From contig JBBSCJ010000017.1 of assembly GCA_038250435.1 (NCBI GenBank), positions 3,450 through 67,449 on the forward strand: a stretch of 64,000 nt of DNA. The letters are read 5' to 3'. The notes below the pieces were generated by a model. That model did not search any database, was not told the DNA's origin, and saw nothing but the letters and a program-made list of their open reading frames with translations. Below are positions 59,940 through 64,000 of the stretch, one piece after another (position 1 is the first letter of the stretch; every line of letters begins with the position of its first letter). Source of the DNA: Gemmatimonadales bacterium. GTDB lineage: Bacteria; Gemmatimonadota; Gemmatimonadetes; Gemmatimonadales; Gemmatimonadaceae. The position numbers and the translations under genes were made by a program.

Positions 59940-60289
59940 CTGGCGCCGCCCACGTTGGCGAAGCTGGCAACGGCGCCGTCGACATCCGCAAAGCATTTGA
60001 GAATGCTGGTGAAGCCGCTCAACTCCAACACCTGGCGCACATTCGGACGGATGTCGGAGATCCGCAGATCGCCGCCGCGTTGACGCGCCTCCTTGAGCGT
60101 GGACAACAACACCCGCAGCCCGGCGCTGCTGGTATACTCGACGCCGCCGAAATGCGCGACGATGCGCGTCCGTCCGGCGGTCACTTCGTCGAGCAAAGCC
60201 GTGACGAGCGTGTCGGCGGTAAGGGTATCGATGCTGCCGGTCACGGCCACGATCGTGACGTGTTCCTGCTGCGTGATCGATATCTGCAT
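59936..60289 (-). CDS. STAS-domain anti-sigma-factor antagonist (RsbV/SpoIIAA-like)
   Basis: 117 aa. VTIVAVTGSIDTLTADTL...VEYTSSAGLRVLL (phosphorylatable Ser context)...VLELSGFTSIL. Confidence 0.85.
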   Translation of the reverse strand: MQISITQQEHVTIVAVTGSIDTLTADTLVTALLDEVTAGRTRIVAHFGGVEYTSSAGLRVLLSTLKEARQRGGDLRISDIRPNVRQVLELSGFTSILKCFADVDGAVASFANVGGAR

Positions 60290-60291
60290 GA

Positions 60292-60765
60292 CTAGGCACG
60301 TCCTGAAGGGGAAGCGCTGGCGGCGCCGCGCTTGATAAGCGTTAATCGGTTCAACATGCCCTGCGCCGTTGACACGGAGTCGTACTGCAGCTCGTCCACC
60401 ATCTGCCTTACGAGAAACCAGCCGAGTCCGCCGATCGGGCGGTCGATCCAGTCGGACACGAGGTCGGGCGTCGGGGCGTTGGCGGGATCGAACGGCTCCC
60501 CCCGGTCCTCCACGACAATGATGGCATCATCTCCGCTCCGCCGCACGGAAACGCGCGTCGGTCCCGGGGCGAGGCCGTCGGTCCCGTGTTCGACGAGGTT
60601 GGCGCAGACTTCATCCACGGACAGTACGAGCGCATCGGTCGCGCCGGCGCAGCCCAGTTCGGCGAGCGTCACCCGGAGGAATTGCCGGATGTCGCCGAGT
60701 CGATCGAGGGTGAAGGGAGACAGGGCGAGGATGCGCTCGGCGTCGGACGCCAGGGGTTCAGCCAT
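60292..60765 (-). CDS. anti-sigma regulatory factor-type Ser/Thr kinase (RsbW/SpoIIAB-like HATPase)
   Basis: ATG 60765. N-box-like EVCANLVEHG, VEDRGEPFD, GGLGWFLV. Confidence 0.75.
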   Translation of the reverse strand: MAEPLASDAERILALSPFTLDRLGDIRQFLRVTLAELGCAGATDALVLSVDEVCANLVEHGTDGLAPGPTRVSVRRSGDDAIIVVEDRGEPFDPANAPTPDLVSDWIDRPIGGLGWFLVRQMVDELQYDSVSTAQGMLNRLTLIKRGAASASPSGRA

Positions 60766-61852
60766 GCAGACTCTTCCCCGTGGCGAGCGGGATCCGGAAC
60801 ATGCGCGTCTGAAAGGAGATCGGTTCGGCGTCGTCCACTTCATCGCCCGCCGCAGACTCGATGGAGTCGGGCGCCGGCCCCTTCGCAGGAAGCATCACGG
60901 TGAACGTGGAGCCGCTCCCCGCCTTCGATTCCACCTCGATGTCACCGCCCATCATCAGGGTGAAACGGCGGCAGAGCGCAAGGCCGAGTCCCGTGCCGCC
61001 ATGATCGCGCTGCGTGGTGGCGTCGGCCTGCGCGAACGCCTGAAAGAGACGGCCAAACTGTTCTCGGGTGAGTCCGACGCCGGTGTCCTCTACGCTCAGC
61101 GCCAGAAAATCCTCGCCATGCCGTTCGGTGCGCAGGGCGCGCAAGGTCACCGTACCGTTGGTGGTGAACTTGCCGGCGTTGGACAGGAGATTGAGCAGCA
61201 CCTGACGCACCTTGCCGGGATCGGCGGTCATGCTGCCGACGTCGGCGTCGCTGTGCACCACGAACGCATTCCCCTGCTTCTTCACCACCGGCGCGACAGT
61301 GCCTTCCACCTCGCGCAGGAGCGTGGCCACGTCGACCCTCTCGAGATTGAGCTCCATGCGCCCGGCTTCGATCTTCGAGAAGTCGAGCACATCATTGATC
61401 AACCCCAAAAGGTGTTTGCCGGCGCCAGTGATTCGCTTGAGGTCGGCAGCGATCTCGACAGCGGTCATATCAGCCGCATCTTCCTGCAGCATTTCGCTGT
61501 AGCCGATAATGGCGTTGAGCGGCGTACGCAGCTCATGGCTCATGTTTGCCAAAAACATGCTCTTGGCTCGGCTTGCCGCTTCCGCCTTTTGTCGTGCCTC
61601 CGTGGCCGCATCGCGCGCCGCCCCAAGCGCACCAATCGTGGTATCGAGTTCTTGCCGCTGGCGTGCGGCATCGTGCTGCAGCTTCCTCTCGCGCCCACGG
61701 AAGTACGCGAGGAGCGCGGCAACGGAAAGCGTGAGGATGACACTGGCCAGCAGGAGCGAAGCTGGGGACACGACAGCTACCGATTCAGGTTGTACGCGCG
61801 CGGTCGCTCTCGGGACGCCGATGAGAACAGCCCTGCCAGCGGGCTCGCCCAA
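60758..61852 (-). CDS. membrane-anchored histidine kinase without recognisable sensor domain
   Basis: One TM (SLLLASVILTLSVAALLAYF), coiled coil, H-box FLANMSHELRTPLNAIIGYSEML, N/G boxes (LLNLLSNAGKFT, DTGVGL, GGTGLGL). Start uncertain: TTG 61852 after GGGAGG, or GTG 61771. Confidence 0.8.
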   Translation of the reverse strand: MGEPAGRAVLIGVPRATARVQPESVAVVSPASLLLASVILTLSVAALLAYFRGRERKLQHDAARQRQELDTTIGALGAARDAATEARQKAEAASRAKSMFLANMSHELRTPLNAIIGYSEMLQEDAADMTAVEIAADLKRITGAGKHLLGLINDVLDFSKIEAGRMELNLERVDVATLLREVEGTVAPVVKKQGNAFVVHSDADVGSMTADPGKVRQVLLNLLSNAGKFTTNGTVTLRALRTERHGEDFLALSVEDTGVGLTREQFGRLFQAFAQADATTQRDHGGTGLGLALCRRFTLMMGGDIEVESKAGSGSTFTVMLPAKGPAPDSIESAAGDEVDDAEPISFQTRMFRIPLATGKSLHG

Positions 61853-62081
61853 GTTGACGCAGGCCTCCCGAAATGGACGCGCGGAAATATGCCGCGATCT
61901 CGTACGGCTTGGTAACCCGTATCCCCCGCATCTTTGCGAGCGGCGTTGACCATCGTTCCCAACCCCCCGCGACGTGAACAGATCACGAACAATCCGGGAT
62001 CGTCCTGAACTTGCATGGGAGACGCGGATGTTCACCGCGCACACCGCGCACTCAGGCAGGCACGACTTCTGGAGGGACTTC

Positions 62082-62429
62082 ATGGCTCGCGGCGCTGATA
62101 CCACAGTCACCAAAATCGATTCATCGACCTCACCGGTCGGGGCTGACGGCGAGGTCTACCTTGCCTCGGGAAAGTCGCTGTCCATGCGCATGTGGCGCGA
62201 CGAGCCGCCGGCCGACTCCAAACCGGCGAGTCGCCGGGAGTACGAAACCGTAGGCTACGTCCTCGACGGGCGGGCGGAATTGCACATCGAAGGACAGATG
62301 GTGTTGCTCGAACCGGGAGATTCCTGGGTGGTGCCTCTCGGTGCAGAGCACAGCTACAAGATTCTCGAAACCTTCAGCGCCATCGAAGTCACGCATCCGC
62401 CCTATCAGGTGCACGGACGCGCGGAGTGA
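62082..62429 (+). CDS. cupin domain protein
   Basis: ATG 62082 preceded by GGAGGG. Cupin motifs GYVLDGRAELHIEGQMVLLEPGDSWVVPLGAEHSY. Confidence 0.7.
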   Translation: MARGADTTVTKIDSSTSPVGADGEVYLASGKSLSMRMWRDEPPADSKPASRREYETVGYVLDGRAELHIEGQMVLLEPGDSWVVPLGAEHSYKILETFSAIEVTHPPYQVHGRAE

Positions 62430-62744
62430 CGCGCCGGCGGCCGGGGGCGTTAAGTCCCCGGTGAGCCTCGCGGGTGGTCGACTATCGGCGCCAGAGCCGT
62501 TCACGAGTTCGCCGTTCCAGAAGGGAGGCGGGACACGCGGGGATTGCTGACCGAGCACGCGAAGTGCCGGGAGCATGAGCGTGTGAACGTCGGGAACCGG
62601 CATTGAGTCGTTATGGAAGCGAACGAGCGAGCGATCCGTTGGCGTCGGTTAAGTATCGCGCGTCGATATTGTGCAGCCGCCTCCGGTAGTCACGTCACAT
62701 TCCCGCAGTTGTGGTTGCGGAAGCATCCGTCGCGCCTGTCGCGA

Positions 62745-63081
62745 TTAGCCAAGCAGTCGACGACGTGTTTCGGCGGCAGTCGCCTCCACGACGAGACCGA
62801 TTGAGGTCAGAACGTCGTGATGCCCTGCAACGTGTGCGGCGGCGTGGAGCGCATGGTCGCGATTGGCATCAAGACGGTCGCAGACATCTGCGACACGTTC
62901 CTTCGCCAGCGCCGGCGTGACGCCGAACGAGCGCGCTGCTTTTCTGAGTGCGGCCGGTGTCAGCTGGGCCAGGTGCAACGCTCCGGCGAACAGCAGCGGC
63001 AACGAGGTATTCAGATCGTTGTGCGACGACGTCGCGGATGTCCTTCAACGCGGTATGTTTGCGTCGCACTTGGTGGCGCAT
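62745..63081 (-). pseudogene. possible frameshifted gene remnant (HipA-C-terminal-like?)
   Basis: Two adjacent short ORFs in different frames (62869..63081 and 62745..63002). The tail ...LTPAALRKAARSFGVTPALAKERVADVCDRL... is vaguely like HipA-family C-termini. Weak evidence. Confidence 0.2.
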
Positions 63082-63232
63082 TCTTTACGGAGCTTTTTCC
63101 TCTTCAGTCGGCAACCTCCCGATTTGAGTCGCCCTGCCTCCCTCTTCAGACCCGTCTGAATCGCATAACGCAGAACGGCGCCCCAGCCAAAGCGGGGCGC
63201 CGTGCGCGGAAGTCGTTGATTTATAAAGCCAG

Positions 63233-63274
63233 TGGCTAGGGAGGGAATCGAACCCCCGACACGCGGATTTTCAG
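63233..63274 (-). other. tRNA-Phe(GAA) 3'-half fragment (anticodon loop to discriminator), candidate att site
   Basis: The reverse complement reads CTGAAAA-TCCGC-GTGTC-GGGGG-TTCGATT-CCCTC-CCTAGCC-A. These are the anticodon loop with GAA, the 3' anticodon stem, the variable loop, the T-arm and the 3' acceptor strand. The upstream sequence lacks the matching 5' acceptor strand (GGCTAGG), D-arm and 5' anticodon stem (GCGGA). Confidence 0.65.
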
Positions 63275-63337
63275 TTCCCATGCCACTCGGCCGTTCTCGG
63301 TCGTGCTTCACAGGGCAAAGTCGTGCATGGCGGTGCA

Positions 63338-63376
63338 GGGTCCCTCAGTTTGGGGCTCTTGGGTCCCTCAGTCTGG
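63338..63376. repeat. two 16-bp direct repeats GGGTCCCTCAGT(T/C)TGG spaced 23 bp apart
   Basis: Copies at 63338-63353 and 63361-63376 differ at one position. Confidence 0.9.
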
Positions 63377-63813
63377 CGCTGATGATACTCTCGTGTTGAG
63401 GATCGGTGCGTCCCATACGTCCCGCACTTTGGTTAGCCTCTTGTTCTTCGCTCGGACCCGTGTGGTTTGCACTCGTGGCAATCATCCCGATAACGGATCG
63501 ACCAGCTACGCTCAAGCTCTCAGGCGGGTACATCAACGTCCGCGTCGATGCGGCAACCGCTCCAGTTACCCAATCCTACCGCTTGTGAGCCACGAAGTCG
63601 CACAGTCTAACCTGTTAAGACTGCATAGCGTTCCGAGTAAAAGCTGTTGCGCGCCGCCGCAGTGGGGAGCCGATGCGCCAGGTCTTCAGCTGAAACGCTC
63701 TGCGATTAGGGACGAAGCGTGGGGGCGATAGGAATAATTTGGACGCCTCAGTTCAATTGAGTCTCACAATGACAGCAACGCGTCAACCGTGATGGCCGGG
63801 CGGCGCCGCTCTC

Positions 63814-63999
63814 CTACTTGGAAGCTTCCAGGTCTTCGTCGTTCTCATCGCCATCCGCCTCAGCGGAGAGCCGGGGCCACACGATCTCAAATGATCTCAG
63901 ATACTCAGCCTGCCGAAGGCTGATCTGCGCGCGCCCCACGATTTCGACATGGTCGACAAATATGCCATCGCATTGCATCAGCAAATTGTTCAATTCATC
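63814..63999 (-). CDS. 3' end of an unknown CDS entering from beyond the window
   Basis: Open frame from the window edge to TAG (63814-63816): ...DELNNLLMQCDGIFVDHVEIVGRAQISLRQAEYLRSFEIVWPRLSAEADGDENDEDLEASK. It is not in the ORF track because its start lies outside the window. Confidence 0.4.
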   Translation of the reverse strand, partial: DELNNLLMQCDGIFVDHVEIVGRAQISLRQAEYLRSFEIVWPRLSAEADGDENDEDLEASK

Positions 64000-64000
64000 C

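Larger units (their letters stand above)
63275..64000. mobile_element. edge of a putative integrated element (continues beyond window)
   Basis: Lies on the 5' side of the displaced tRNA 3' half. Visibly lower G+C than the rest of the window. About 540 bp without a convincing ORF. Contains a 16-bp direct repeat pair. Confidence 0.4.

Noticed and set aside
55782-62113. Sigma factor gene expected next to the RsbW/RsbV-like pair
   Set aside because: All ORFs of the operon were assigned to other families. No sigma-70 region 2/4-like sequence was seen in any frame of the window.
62441-62461. Terminator after the cupin gene (CCGGGG-N9-CCCCGG)
   Set aside because: It is only a 6-bp stem with no T-tract, which is too weak to call.
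63233-63310. Complete tRNA gene on the minus strand
   Set aside because: Only the 3' 42 nt fit a tRNA. The 5' acceptor strand complementary to CCTAGCC, the D-arm and the 5' anticodon stem (GCGGA) are absent from the upstream sequence.
1-64000. CRISPR arrays, rRNA genes, IS elements or transposases, integrase
   Set aside because: No regularly spaced repeats, rRNA-like segments, or DDE/tyrosine-recombinase-like ORFs were seen. The only mobility signal is the tRNA fragment at the right end.

Overview
High-GC (roughly two-thirds G+C by eye) bacterial chromosomal window. It is rich in lipoproteins and in TonB-dependent receptors that carry an N-terminal carboxypeptidase-regulatory-like domain. 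That style fits Gemmatimonadota-like genomes, but taxonomy cannot be verified here.

Layout:
- 1-1.5 kb: decayed DNA methyltransferase remnant.
- 1.7-5.4 kb: Mla/MCE-type lipid ABC transporter operon.
- 6.3-8.8 kb: sahR-like regulator plus ahcY.
- 8.9-13.5 kb: operon with two unknown ORFs, a pair of WYL regulators and a PLD/cardiolipin-synthase-like gene.
- 13.5-22.2 kb: housekeeping-type genes (MFS, M48 protease, esterase, TonB receptor, AI-2E permease, iorA).
- 22.2-23.5 kb: 3'-truncated iorB.
- 25-49.5 kb: very large block of secreted and lipoprotein genes. It includes a seven-gene minus-strand operon (RCC1, Big_2, TonB receptor, FN3/PKD, cohesin/dockerin-like and beta-helix modules) flanked by two HEXXH gluzincin-like lipoproteins.
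- 49.9-61.9 kb: the most interesting part. It holds a photoactive yellow protein (PYP) gene with its chromophore genes (TAL, pCL). pyp is co-operonic with an HDOD protein, a degenerate CheA-like (P4-P5) protein and novel paralogous domains. This operon converges on a second operon that joins pCL to a sigma-factor-less partner-switching module (HK, RsbW-like kinase, STAS, RR-PP2C) enclosing two patatin-like phospholipases.
- About 63.2 kb to the window end: a tRNA-Phe 3'-half fragment, direct repeats and lower-GC DNA. This looks like the edge of an integrated element.

No rRNA, intact tRNA, CRISPR array, transposase or integrase gene was seen. Many long ORFs in the supplied track are GC-driven shadow ORFs antisense to real genes and were ignored.
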